DNA of 64,000 bases from Octopus sinensis (lineage: Eukaryota): NCBI RefSeq assembly GCF_006345805.1, contig NC_043002.1:78802001-78866000 (forward strand). The letters run 5' to 3'. The translations under genes and the position numbers were made by a program. Shown here piece by piece: positions 25,201 through 39,138 of the stretch (position 1 is its first letter; each line of letters opens with the position of its first letter). The notes beneath the pieces are model-generated. The model made no database searches, was not told the origin of the DNA, and saw only the letters and a program-made list of their open reading frames with translations.

Positions 25201-28005
25201 AGGTATTACCCATTTTTGCCAGCTGAGTGGACTGGAATAGCATGAAAATAAAGTGTCTTGCTCAAGGACAATGTGCTGCCAGGAATCGAACACACAACCT
25301 TAGGATTGTGAGCTGAATACCCTAACCACTAAGCCATGCACCTTCACCACACGACTAATAAAATAACCTAGTAACAAAAACTATTTTCTACATCTATCAG
25401 TTAATTTGGGTTGTTCAGAAACATCATTTCTTAGTTCCTCTTCTCCTGTCACATTCTGTACATGTAGTATAAAAGTTCTCATTTGTTTGTAACTCAGAGC
25501 TCCCTTCATTGAATTACATTTTACAAATACATCTTTCATATGTTTTGCAACAAAGAGCAAATCTGCAGATTATTTTAACCATACCAAAGTTACTATTGCA
25601 CAGTGGTCTATCATCCATAATTTATTATCCTAGCCTATGCCATTCTGTGTGTGACACTTTATAGATATTTGCATGAATTAGCAACCCTCAGTGAAATTTT
25701 TATGGAAATCAAGATAGGGTGAAGATTAAATACATTGAGTTATATTGGCTCTTAGTCATGTTTTCTGCTTACTGATAACATAGTGTTCTACTCATATTCT
25801 AATCCTAACAAAAATATTTTCTAAAGTGTGTTTAGAATATGTCTCATACTTGGTTTAAACATTATTTCTTAGAAAAAAGCCCCAAAGACCACAACCCTCA
25901 AAACATCCAATTCCCTCTATAGCACTCACAGGGTGAGGACCAGGTTAAGAACTTCTTACTGATAAAGTACTTCTGAAGTCTTCGTTTCTAATAAGTGTGT
26001 TAGAGATTTCACTTCACTTTTTGCATCCTTGCACTGAGTTCATAATATTGAGTTCATACTAAGTCACTTCCTATAAATCAAGCAATTGTAGCTCTCTGTA
26101 ATTTTTTTCTTTCTTTCTTTTTTTTGTCTTTTTTTTGTATCTTCATTACTATTTGGTCTTTGCCAAGTTGAGACTTCTAAGCATTTTGATTCTTGGAAAT
26201 TCTCTCCTATTATTTTTCTGCTCAGAATATTTTTCATGATGACAACAATGGAAAGGGATTTTTCAAAACTTTTATTTTTAGTTGCTGTCTGGAGTTGTAT
26301 TATTCTTGTGGTAACTGAGTTTCTATAATCATATGTAAGATGTATATCTAGTAGGCAGTATAGACTTTATATGTGGACAATGTATACATGCAGTCATTAA
26401 CACATGTATGTATATTATATGAGAGGGAAAGAGAGACTACACACTTGCATGTATATTGTAAGAGAGGGAAAGAGCAGTTACATATACAGCAACATGTATG
26501 CATGTAATGTGAGTGTGTACACTTTCAGATTCATTTATATATGTGTATATGTATGTGAGAAGCTACTCAATAATGTTAGAATTGTTGTCCTTAAAAAAAA
26601 TCGTCTATAGAAATATTCTTGTATTTTTAGGATAAGTCATACCATAAGGAAGAGAACAATTCTTCTTGAGATGAAAACCTTGATGTTGTGGAACAGAATT
26701 GTTTAGACTGGTAATTGTTTATTGAAGCTTTTAGACTGACTTCATTGATCTAGATGTCTATATATGTAAATATCTGTGTCTGTAAGTATGTGTGTATATA
26801 TGCACAGACAAAATGGCTAAGTGGGTTCAAGAATGATATTGAAAATATTATCAAAGGTCCAGATAAAGATTTTTTTCCAGAAAACTTTGAAACATTTTTG
26901 TTCATGGAGGTAGAAAACATGATTATGTTGTTTTTAATGTTTTCAGTATGTTACATTCCTCTTAAGAAGTTTTTTTTTTAAATAAAAAGACTGAGAGTTT
27001 TGGATAAAAGAATTTCAAATACTAACTGAAAGTTGGAATAGTTTTGTGCATGTGTATGTGTGTATTCTCTGTGTTATATACTCTGAATATGCTATATTAT
27101 TGTGAATGAGTAATTAAGATGTATATGTGTGTGTAAGATTACCATCATCGTCATATATCATCCATGTTTCATATTAGCATGGGTTGGACTCTGTGTGTGT
27201 AGTATATGTATGTATGTGTATTTATAAGTATACATATATGTATGTATATAGATATATGTATGTTACAACTTTTGGAAAGTTTCATACTGGACTTTTTTAA
27301 TTTTACCTAGTTTTATTTTCAATATTATATGCCTCAAGGAAGTAACCCCACTGCAAATGCCTATCATATATCATCCATTCACATTTTATGTTCATACTAA
27401 TGTATCAATTGCTCTCCCATTCATTATATTTGTTGGCCAATCTCTTAGTACCTAGTTTTGCTTTCTCAGTTCTCTTGCACTCAATCTTTCTTGTGGAATA
27501 ATGTTTCACATCCGACACTTGTCATCTCATTCTTCTTCTTTCACAACATTGTATTTAGTGTCCATGTTTCACTGTCATATCGTATTTCTTGCTTGTGCAT
27601 AGCCTCACTCACAATAAGGACACTTTTGCAGTTTATGGTGGTTGTTTAGAAAATTTCTATCAACTCCAGATACTGCATATGCTTTCATTTGCTGTGCTTT
27701 CAACTCTAGATATATTATCATAACCAGGCCACTTCTATGTGGCTGCTTAAACTGGTAAAAATAATAGCCTTCAAACTCCTTCAAACCATACCAATTACTA
27801 AAGGGTACAGTGAGTACTCAGCAGTAAATGGATGCAAGCATGGTTGTATAGTTAAGTAGTTTACTTCACAACTACATGGTTTCAAGTTCAATGTGTTGAA
27901 GATTTTTTCAGAAAAAGTTCCTAATCTGGAAGCATAATCTACAAGTCAAAAGCCATGTTAACCTTTCTTAACAAGGCAAAGATCAAAGAGATGTTTTGTT
28001 TAGAA

Positions 28006-28401
28006 CTCTTTTACTCTTTTACTTGTTTCAGTCATTTGATTGCGGCCATGCTGGAGCACCGCCTTTAGTCGAGCAAATTGACCCCAGGACTTATTCTTTA
28101 GAAGCCTAGTACTTATTCTATCGGTCTCTTTTGCTGAACTGCTAAGTTACGGGGACGTAAACACACCACCATCGGTTGTCAAGCGATGTTGGGGGAACAG
28201 ACACAGAAACACATACACACACATACATATATATGACAGGCTTCTTTCAGTTTCCATCTACCAAATCCACTCACATGGCTTTAGTCGGCCCAAGGCTATA
28301 GTAGAAGACACTTACCCAAGGTGCTATGCAGTGGGACTTAACCCAGAACCATGTGGCTTGTAGGCAAGCTACTTACCACACAGCCACTCCTGTGCCTATA
28401 G
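28006..28401 (-). mobile_element. tRNA-derived SINE family B, full length
   Basis: Minus-strand head GGAGTGGCTGTGTGGTAAG...GGTTAAGTCCC, internal CA/TA tract, (AAAAGAGT)n tail. Other copies at about 11423-12345 (split), 15114-15404, 28997-29411, 44920-45160, 51719-52100 (+) and 52930-53190. Confidence 0.85.
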
Positions 28402-29212
28402 GTAAAATTGTATAAATATTTTGTAGAAGTGAATGTGGAGTGTCTTAGAATCTAGAGGAAAATGTAGTGAGAATGATTCACTGTATGTGTAATACTTGCC
28501 GGCATTAAAGACTGAACACCCGAGCGCTGAGAAGCATCAGCTGTTGTGCGCAATAGAAATAACTGCATTAATGTGATGTAGTGGTTGATGAGAGAGAGCT
28601 AGGTTAATGTGATGCAAACGGTTAAGAGAGCTAGGTGAGAAAAAGTGCTCTGCACCGCTGGTGCATGCAGATGTGGATGTGGGTGTTTTTTGGAAGAAGA
28701 CAACAAAGGAAGTGACGAAACTAGATCTCAGGATGCTGGGCCTTACAGAAAACATAACTAAAGACAGTGATGATTTATAATATGCTACATGGAAGTTCTG
28801 TTTAACCCTTGCCAGCATGAATGAACAGATGTTCAAAAGTTGATGATGATGATGATGATGACGATGATGATATTTGGTATTTTCTTGGTCTGCAGCACTT
28901 TGTTATATCCTGCTGTTTACTTCATTTCAATAGGAATACACACATACATATATACATACACTCTACTCATACATAGAAGCATATATATATATATACTCTT
29001 TACTTTTAGTCTTTCACTTGCATCAGTCATTTGACTGTGGCCATGCTGGAGCACCCTCTTTAGTCAGAGAAATCAACCCCAGGACTTATTCATTGGAAGC
29101 CTGGTACTTATTCTCCTTTGCCGAACTGCTAAGTTTTGGGGATATAAACACACCAGCATCATTTGTCAAGTGATGGGGGGGGGGGGAAACACAGACACAA
29201 AGTCACACACAC

Positions 29213-29275
<63 letters not shown>

Positions 29276-29410
29276 TGGGCTTCTTTCAGTTTCCGTCTAC
29301 CAAATCCACTTACAAGGGTTTGGTCAGCCTGGGGTGCCATGCAGTGGGACTGAATCCGAAACCATGTGGTTGGGAAGCAAGCTTCTTACCACCCACCCAC
29401 CCACTCCTGC

Positions 29411-29475
<65 letters not shown>

Positions 29476-30222
29476 GGTGCCCAGTCATAACAAATGCTGG
29501 AGCACTGCTCCTACTCATCATTGTTTTGCTCTTTAGAAACCTTGCTATCAATCTCTGCCTTTCTTTCTGGTATTTCTAAACAACTATATTAATTAATTGA
29601 TACACTAGGTATTAAAGATAGCAACACCTTCAGGTATAGAATACCTAATTACAGATCAATAAGGGAATCTCTAAGTGGTTGTTCCATTTGCTAGTAATGG
29701 CTGCTAAATATCCCTAAAATCATATCATACCATTTTCCATAAAAATGTATGAACACATCGGATTACATAATCTTAAATACAATGCCTGAAATAAAGTTTA
29801 GATGATCATGTCTGGAATGCTTTTGACTATACAGGTCTGTTCATAGAGAGCTTACCTAGGGCTAAACAGCAACAAAAACACAACAATATATAATAAAATA
29901 AATTTATCAAGCAGTTGCTCTTCTGTTATTTTACAATTGCATTAGACTTTCCAAACTCATGTTTACAAATTGTTTTGGTTACAAATGATAGTTTTTGCAA
30001 TTAGCTCTATTGGTGTTAATTAGAAATATTTTGATTTGTTTACCTGCAATTTTAAAAATTATTATTAATACTGATGGAAAAATGTTCAAGCTTATTCTCA
30101 TAACTTTTAACTCTTTCAGGCATATATTTCTAATGAAAAGCAGTTTTTCAATTAATTTCAAAAAAATAACCTAAATTTGGGGGAATTTAGTCAAGATTTA
30201 ATTACTCTTTCATTATGTAGTG

Positions 30223-30443
30223 CAGTGGTTCTCAACAGGGGTCCATATAAGATTTTGTTAAAACTTTTGTGCCATAAAATTGATTGTATTTCTACATAAG
30301 CAAAATATTTTAATAGTCCTTTTTATACAATTCTTAATAATATTTAATTAAAAATACAATAGGGTTTTTTTTAAACATTGAATGACTGTGGGAGTCCAGT
30401 AGAATCAAAGGGGTCTATAGATGAAAAATGGTCAGAAATACTG
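30223..30443. mobile_element. hAT/Charlie-like MITE, decayed
   Basis: Left end CAGTGGTTCTCAAC; degenerate right end GGTCAGAAATACTG. Confidence 0.5.
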
Positions 30444-30723
30444 ATGTTATGGATATTTGCAACCTAACTTATCAGAAGGTACTTCCATAAATTTACAAGA
30501 GAATTAGAAGAGATTTTAGTTTAGTTAGTATCAAAAGTGTTGAGCAAGTTATTTTTTGAGAATTTCTGCATTTAAGGTATTTTATATGCACACCTATTAC
30601 GTGCCATGTTTCACCATTGAAGTATTTTACATCTGTACTTATGTTTGTCTGTCTCACTGCAGATAAAAGCAATGGAAAGCTGCATGTAATAAAGCTTTAT
30701 AAGTTCAGGTCAAACCTGCACAC

Positions 30724-31082
30724 ATGTGGATGTATGTGTGTATTTGTGTGTATACCAATATAAAGATGTACATTAACAACTCGTGAGCCTGTCTGGATAT
30801 GTGTAAACATATAAATACTTCTGCACATAGACTCACAAATTGTTAGACGTACATGGTAAGTGGTGCACTTGGTAGCCGTTGGCTTACTGAATCGTTCATG
30901 ATGTTGTTTAGCAGACAAGAAGAGAGTAATAATCCTCAACCTCCAAATGTTTTCCCCTCTGTATTAAGCTATACTCATGAAATAGCTATCTATGACTGTT
31001 TTATGCTGTTGATGCTTAACCCCCAAGTTAATCCTGAGTGAACAAGAACTATGATTTAAGATGTAGCAACCAGTACCATACC

Positions 31083-31119
<37 letters not shown>

Positions 31120-31866
31120 ACAACATTTCTCAAGATGTACTTCCTTTTTTCAAAAGAAAGCAGTAGGGAGATTTGGCTGTAATTTCTAGCAGGTTGAACA
31201 ACTGTATAGAGACTCATTTGTTAGCTTGAAATTTCATATGTTTATAAGTTTTTTTTGTAGTTTCAGAGTCACTCAGTGCAAGCATCCCTATGTTATTACA
31301 GACATATGTACATCTGTTTCACTGATGACCCTTTAACTTGTTCTCATGGGCTTCTTAAATATTCTGAATACCTTATCTCTTTTATTACTGCTTCTCCACA
31401 CACACACACACATACACTCACACACACAAGCATGCACACGCACACACATTGTATATTTCCTTCCTTGATATGACATGTTTGTCATTTAGCCATAAAATCT
31501 TCCCCTGAAGTACTTTTCCTTGCCACTTTTTTTTTCCATTTCTTGCACACACACACATACACACACACACACACAGAAAAATGCACATGCATGCACATAT
31601 ACAATGTTAACCTTCATTAAACCATGTAAAGCATCTATGTTGATATGTATTTCATTATGTTTTTAAATGTATTTTACTGTTAAACTATTTTTACATTAGC
31701 TGTATTATTATTTCTTAAGGATAGTATGTATTAGTATGTGGATGTATGTGTGTATTTGTGTGTATACCAATATAAAGATGTACATTAACAACTCGTGAGC
31801 CTGTCTGCATATGTGTAAACATATAAATACTCCTGCACATAGACTCACAAATTGTTAGACGTACAT
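30724..31866 (+). repeat. 131-bp direct repeat pair (30724-30854 and 31736-31866)
   Basis: Two mismatches by eye; the copies are offset by 1012 bp. Confidence 0.9.
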
Positions 31867-33638
31867 CTGTGCCTATACTGATTTCCAATATCCTGTAGTT
31901 ATCTTATGGTTGATTCCCATACTGTTAAAATATGTACAAAGTATCCAGTTTGGAAAGTGAACGGAAAGTTAATGTCTAAAGCTACTTCTTCAATTTCTTA
32001 ATAATTATAAACATATGTTCTGTTTTAACTTAATAACATTTGTTTTGTTTTGCTTGTACATATTTGTGTGTGATATATTAAATGACATACTCGAATTACT
32101 ATGTAGACAGTTACAGCTGGCCATGTCAGTTGGATGATGGACTACCAGCAATGAATCAGCAGCATATATTATGGCTTTGAGATTGGTTTATGGCAAAGAT
32201 ATTTAACTTTCAGTGGCTCAGTCCATCTACTTGAGAATAGTACCATGGTGTGGTACAGATTGCAGCAGTAAGGTGTGGGAACACTGCAAATCAAATCTAA
32301 CTGATGTTTTACTATTTTGTAATGCAAGATTCAAATCTGCTAATGCACCTTGGTCATGGTAAAAGCATTCATATGATGGCCCTATTTCAAACAATTCCAA
32401 AGCTGTCACAGTAGAAGATAGATTTGACTACTGTTTCTGGCAAGTCAAACAACTGTATATAGACTCTCACATTATCATCATCATCATTTAGCGTCTGCTT
32501 TCCAAGCTGGCATGGATTAAACGGTTTGACTGAAACTGGTAAGCTGTAGGGCTACATCAGGTTCAAACTTGATTTGGCATAGTTTCTACTGCTGGATGCC
32601 CTTCCTAATGCCATCCACTCCGAGGGTGTAATGGGTGCTTTTTATATGCCACTGGCACAAGTTCCAGTTATGAGATACTGGCATTGGCCGTGACTATGAT
32701 TTTGCTTGGCTTGACTGGTCTTCTCAAACACAGCATATCACCAAAGGTCTTGGTCACTTACCATTGCCTCCATGAGGCCTAACAGAGGTATTACAGTAGC
32801 AATGATAAATGATCGAGACCTTTGGTATTGTGCCAAAAATTTTATATATCTAGGATTACATTGTCCAATGTAAAAAATGATTTATTTCATATTTCTAAGT
32901 TACCAAATTCTTAGTACATAAAATTCATATAATTCTTGCAGTAAGAACAAAGCTTCTAAAATGAATGAAGAATGTTGTGGGATTACTTTGGTACAATAGT
33001 AAAATGCCTGTCATGTTTACAGAAGCTGTAACCTAAAAAGGGACTTTTAACCTAATATTAACATGCTATTATTTACTTTGAGTTCCTCCCCCTACCATTA
33101 AAAATGATTTATTTCATATTTCTCAAAGTTTCCAAATCCTTATGATGTAAACTTTTACTTCGTTTTTGTATCTATTATTACTGTTGTTTAGCCTCCGGTC
33201 AATCCTGATTATGCAGACTCCTGCTCAAAGGCATTCTTGCTATGACTGACCCATTTATCTAGTGGTATGTAGAGTATATTACCCACTGTGTCCTAAGATG
33301 ACACCAGATAATTCTAAGGAAATTGAGTTGCTATTTCTAGAAGCTTCCCATTGCCTTATATTCAATCTACATATGTCTTCTTCATGTCTTTTATCAATTT
33401 TCCATGTAACTCAAACGTATGATGTTATTCTTTTCTACGAAACCCAGTCTGTTGTAACTATTTCTTCTGAACTTTTACTTGGACAGTAACTATAAGAGAA
33501 GTAGACAATCATGGACTACTGTTGATATTTTGCATTTCATGTCCAAACCAACGTTATTACCTTGCTAGCATATACCATGCAGTGACTTTGAGGGTCAACC
33601 ACATTGTCAGTTCATTTGCACTTAATGTATCTTATAAG

Positions 33639-33889
33639 TCAATTTTGCACTTGTGATTGATTACATGGAGTTTTGTACATCAGATTGATCCTACACTTCA
33701 GATCACACTCAATATTTTACTTTGAACTGATCATTGATCATGCTTAGTTTGTGTATCTGATTGACCATGCTCAGTTTGTATGTCTGATTGATCATTCTAA
33801 GTTTTGTACATCTGATTGGGCACATTCAATTTTGTACATCTTGATTGATCATTTTTTTATATATTTGATTGATCCCAATCAAGTTTTAC
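33639..33889. repeat. Degenerate minisatellite, unit about 27-28 bp
   Basis: Recurring TTTGTACATCTGATTGATCA-like unit, about 8-9 copies. Confidence 0.7.
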
Positions 33890-33899
33890 CTCAATTACT

Positions 33900-35570
33900 G
33901 CAGGTCCTCTTCTTTCCTCTTCAGTCAGTGTATCTTCAAATAGTAGAGAAAGCTTTGTTTCCATTAGAAGTGACAGTTATCCACATTTTCCTTCAATTTC
34001 TAACTCCAGTGTTATGCTTTCATATCAGGATTAATTAAATACCTCATAAGCCTCCTATGAAGGCATTGTCATTGCTAAGTGTCCCATATATGTTGCATAT
34101 AACTTTTCAATCAGTCTTTTATATACCTCTTTTTAAATTTTTATTTGTTTTAATTACACAGTACTGTGTATCAAACAATACCACTTGTTTGTTGGCTCTC
34201 ATTATTATTAGGTATATTCTGTTATTGAGTACTCGGTACTCACAATGTGAATTTTTGAGCCTTTTAGTTGAAATCCATCTTTCCAAACTAAGCTTTTGCT
34301 GTTTGATAACTTATGTAATGGGGATCAACCAAACAGAATATAAAAATAATTTCCATGTAAGTCTGGTCTTAAACTTCTTTGTGATGCCTCAAAGGACTAA
34401 GATGAACTGAATAGAGCTAAGGACAAATTTTATTGAATGTCCACTTAAGTACTAAATTCACCACTTTGTCCTTTGTCACTCCTGATCCTGTTTTTATTAG
34501 CTTCATAGGAAACCTGGATATCTTTAACAAAACCTTTTCTCCTACTGAGTATTCTTAGACCTAAGCTAAAGAATATGAAATTCATTCATACAAAAGTATT
34601 TTCTAAGTTGACAAAAGAAAGTTAGTTGTTTTCTTTTTACCAAATATTTATTACATTTGTCTAAGTCTAACAAGAGATAGCATCTGTGAGTTCAAATTCA
34701 AGTAGAATCCTGTCTAAGCTTATTTTATCCTCCTCCAGCTTTGCCATAATGCTTTCAGCCAACTTAATTATCTGAAAACCTCTAATTTTTTCTTACTAAA
34801 GCATATTCTTTCTTTTGGTACTTATGATCCAATACCATTGACTAGGTTAATACTTTCTGGCACAATCTCATTAATTAAATGAATGATTTATATGATATCA
34901 ACATAGCTTAATATTTTCAATGTCCCAACAATTATCCCTGCAGGAATTATAGCCTTCTAATATTTCCACTTATTTTACTAGCTTTCTTCAGATTAAACTT
35001 TACAACTGGCTGCCATGAGGCATTTTAGATTTTTTTCCAGTGTTCCTAATTTCTCTCTCCACATTAAACTTTACAGCTGACCCTGATGAGGCAGCCAATT
35101 CTTTTAATCTTAATGTTTTCTTATTCATCAAATCCTCACATTGATACTTTCATGCATCTTCAGTTTCATTGTCAGAGAGGATAAGCACTCTCGAATTATT
35201 TCCCACACACTCCTACTTCTCTTAAGCAATATACTCATTTGTTTGATATATTGTCTTGGAATTCTAAATAATTCATGATTCTCATTTTCACATCAAAAAC
35301 ATTGCCAAGCCTTCTATTTGCTGATTTTTACCATCCCTAGGTAAACCTGATATCCGTTATTCTTTATTCAATTTCCTGTTACTGCCTCTCTCTAAAATCT
35401 TCAAAGACTAACATCTTTCTCTTTTGACCTTATTTACTGCAATATTTAGCCATTATATGATCCAATTTCTTATTGGGTCTCTATTCTATCAGCTAAACTA
35501 CTCAGAGCCCTGACATCTTCTGCACAGTAAAAGTTTTATTTCTCTTCATACAGGATTCATTAGAGTATGT
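33900..35570 (-). pseudogene. Possible ancient LINE remnant
   Basis: Purine-rich minus strand, with KLSNSKSLVWKDGF resembling the LKxxKAPGxDG motif upstream of RT. Heavily decayed. Confidence 0.3.
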
Positions 35571-35950
35571 GTTAACACCATTTAGAAGCTGCTCTTAAAG
35601 AAGACATGCACTCAACACCAGAGCTGAAGACACCTCCGTAAGGGGGGGGGGGGCACGTCAAAACGGTAGAGGAGTAGGGACCGAAACCGATGTGGTTCCT
35701 CCTGATGATGTCTTGAGCTAACTGGATCCTATAAAGGAGCTGTTGTGGTAGCAGACCACGAAACATGGTTGAAATTCGCCAAGTGACTTTCAACATCCAT
35801 GCTCTTCTCTTAGTTAATGTTCTTATGATCACTGTTTTCAATTTGATCTTATATTCTATGCACTCCTTACACAAGACAAGCATTGTCAGTCTTTTCAATC
35901 TGGTAAAAATGAATTTGCTTATTAGTTCATATAACAATAATTAGATTATG

Positions 35951-35991
35951 CTTCACTGATGAGGCTTAATAAGATTGAAACTTGTCTAGAG
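35951..35991 (+). ncRNA. Degenerate hammerhead-like motif
   Basis: CTTCA-CTGATGA-GGCTT(aat)AAGATT-GAAAC-TT-GTC-TAGAG: core intact, stems I and II mismatched. Confidence 0.4.
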
Positions 35992-36147
35992 TTGACACCT
36001 TACTGCCAAAGATTAGGTTACCTATTCAATACATTCTTTTTAATTTTTCTCGCTACAGGTGTAATTTTAATTAATTAAACTTTCTCAGTTAACTATGTTA
36101 TATTACCGTGTGTGTGTGAAACAGGCATCCATGGGTATTTTTATCTA

Positions 36148-36350
36148 GTTGTCATTTAACCACAGGTCAGCTTTGACTGAGCACACCTTTGATCAAAGAT
36201 ATTCCAGCTATGGCAGTCCCATATCTTTTTTATGTACAGAGAATCTAGGACCACGTTATCCAGTGTGTCTTTGCTTATGACGGTATGGTGTAATTTGAAG
36301 GAGATTTGATTGTTATTTCTAGTAGGACAATTGACCAAACAGAGCCCTTC
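36148..36350 (+). repeat. Old, abundant interspersed repeat (more than 12 decayed copies, e.g. 12585-12770, 29665-29875, 31005-31225, 33183-33340, several in 40520-42230, 51185-51390)
   Basis: Recurring motifs GTTTARCCCCAGGTCA...GCAGACCTATGATCAAAGGCATTCCAGC...GAGATTTGGCTGCTATTTCTAG. Confidence 0.65.
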
Positions 36351-37310
36351 TCATTAACTTCATTCTATTAGGCTTCCTGTCAGTTAATCTCGCCTAAGAA
36401 GCATGTGAAGAAATTATAGATACTATCAAACTTGTTTATCAAAAACCTAGTCATTTATCATTTTAGCATTTGTTCTAATTACATCAATTACATTCTCTAT
36501 GTACATATTTGTATAAAACTACACAACCAGTCCTGGAATTACCACTTATATTATATCTTTACTTTATCTTTATGAGGAGCTTATTATTTTTTTTACCCTG
36601 ATAATCAAAACTTCTTGTATGGGAAACAAGTTCTATCATTTAGGCTGCAAGCATGCATTGAGAGAATTACAAAGTTAATTGTTCTTTTGTACCCTTCTAC
36701 ATATGTTTGAAATAGAATTCTCATTACTGCATTTTAAAGCAGATAATAATATCAATTATTATTACTATTATCATTAATGTGGGGAGTAGACAGAATTGTT
36801 AACATGCCAGGTAAAATGTTTTGTGGCATTTTGTCCATCTTTACATTCTGAGTTCAAATTCTGTTAAGGTTGACTTTGCCTTTCATGGATAAAATGGATA
36901 AAATAAGTGCCAGTTGAGCACTGGGTGAAATGATATTGACTATCCCGCTCACACCAGATTTCAGGTCTTATGCCTATATTAAAAAGGATTATTATTTTTT
37001 TTAACATTACTGTTGCTTTGTTTTATACGAACTCTTCCAAGTTTCACCCCGAGACTTCAAGTAACTGCAAGTTGGACAATTTACTATGGATGTTATTTAT
37101 GATGCCATGTGACGACCTCCCTTGACCAATTGCAGCCCACCTTACGGTAATAACAATCAATTTCTGTCATTCAAACTCAAAATGGTTGACAACTAGCATC
37201 ATGCTTGAAACTCAAGAGTACCAATGAATTTGAATGAAACTGTTTTGATCCATACATGTAACTCCCAATAAACTTGTTGAGTGCCCTTCTTTAATTTGTC
37301 CACTCACTTG

Positions 37311-37355
<45 letters not shown>

Positions 37356-37429
37356 TTACATGTCTCAGTCATTGGACTTACTCGGGCACTGCCTTGAAGA
37401 GTTTAATCAAGCAAATCAACCCCAGTACA

Positions 37430-37700
37430 ACCGATCATTTTCAACTACTAATCTACCTTTTGGCTTCTTTTCCATTTGCAGCAAAGTTGGAAATCCTGAC
37501 TTGTAAAGATAGGTTGACACAAATGGAAGCAGTGCATAGATAATTTTGCTAAATTGGGGGAGAAATTGCTCATCAATGGCCAAACTCCAGGAATTCATCT
37601 TGACAGTCATCAGGAGCTTTTTCTAATGGTAATTTGAATGAATTTCATGCTAAGTCAACTCATCATCACAGAATTCTGAAAAATATCAGCTGAGTTCATT
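37430..37700 (-). pseudogene. hAT (Charlie/Buster-like) transposase C-terminal dimerisation-domain remnant
   Basis: LLPFVSTYLYKSGFPTLLQMEKKPKGRL resembles LLPFxSTYLCESGFSxL..IKTKxRNRL. Confidence 0.7.
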
Positions 37701-37904
37701 TCTCAGTACTGTCAAATGTCAAATGTTGCTTGATGTATTGGTGGACAGTCAACTGCATTGCAGAGCATAAATTTTAAAGTTGTAGTTGAGAAAAAGTTAA
37801 CTGACATGGAGGACAGGAAGCCATCTGTATCATGATGATTCATGCTGGTTATCAAAATGCCTACACCATGACTGCTTTCAATGCTCTGTGAACACTCTAA
37901 AGGC

Positions 37905-38175
37905 ATGACATTACCCTCCAATGAGGGTGTCATGCTACCCCACATCTTTGACGAGGGCCTTAAGCTCATTTCAGATGGCTATGTGAAGTTGCTGGAAATT
38001 ATATCAAACCCTGGCTAGAGAAGGTTGCTGCTGGAAGGCCGTATATGTGGCAGCAGGATTCAGTCCCTTGCCATACCTCTGGAAAGAGTCAAAACTGGTT
38101 ATATGAGAATTTCTACAACTTCATCAGCCCCAACTTCTGGCCTCCTAGATCCCCTGATTGTAATCCTATGGATTC
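37905..38175 (+). pseudogene. maT (DD37D) transposase fragment
   Basis: WQQDSVPCHTSGKSQNWLYENFYNFISPNFWPPRSPDCNPMD, with exactly 37 residues between the Asp codons at 38057 and 38171. Upstream frameshift. Confidence 0.85.
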
Positions 38176-38240
38176 CCCCGGTGCTTGGCTGGCTTGTTTC
38201 AAATGTAGATGTTGACGAACTTTTGTGTAAACATGCCTCT

Positions 38241-38502
38241 TGTATGTATATACATGCATATATATGTATGTATATGTATGTATATATGTGTATATATATC
38301 TATGTATATATGTCTGTGTGTGTATATATCTGTGTGTGTATGTGTATATATGTGTGTGTGTCTGTGTGTGTATATTTGTGGGTGTATATGTATATATGTG
38401 TGTGTGTATATATGTGTATATATATATATATATCTATGTATATATGTCTATGTATTTATATATATGTGTGTGTATATATGTGTGTGTGTGTGTATATATA
38501 CA
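38241..38502. repeat. Mixed (TG)/(TA) low-complexity tract; similar tracts at 1757-1920, 10424-10513, 39696-39732, 53430-53493 and 59801-59845
   Basis: Seen directly. Confidence 0.9.
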
Positions 38503-38720
38503 CAGATATTTATTGTATCTTTCAGCAATTTCAGGTTATTGTTGCTTCTGTTGTTATTTGTTCTTGTTTCAGTATGTCTCTTGCAAATTTTACTCCCTTT
38601 GACCTGTGTACACTTATTTATTTTTATTTTTATTTTCTTGGCAATGTTGAAACCTTGTCTATAAATCAGATACTTTGAATTTGTATGGCTAAAAGAGCTT
38701 GTGGTACGCATTCAGATAGG

Positions 38721-39138
38721 CTCTTTTACTCGTTTCAGTTATTTTGACTGCGGCCATGCTGGAGCACCGCCTTTAGTCAAGCAAATCGACCCCAAGACTT
38801 ATTCTTTGTAAGCCTGGTACTTATTCTATCGATCTCTTTTGCTGAACCGCTAAGTTACAGATACGTAAACACACCAGCATGGGTTGTCAAGCGATGTTGG
38901 GGACGGACACACACAAACATATACACACAAACATATACACACACATACATACACACACATATAAATATATATATGTACAACGGGCTTCTTTCAGTTTCCG
39001 TCTATCAAATCCACTCACAAGGCTTTGGTCGACCCAAGGCTATAGTAGAAGACACTTGCCCAAGGTGCCACACTGTGGGACCGAACCCGGAACCATGTAG
39101 TTGGTAAGCAAGCTACTTACCACACAGCCACTCCTGCA
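38721..39138 (-). mobile_element. SINE family B, full length
   Basis: Colinear with 28006-28401. Confidence 0.85.
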
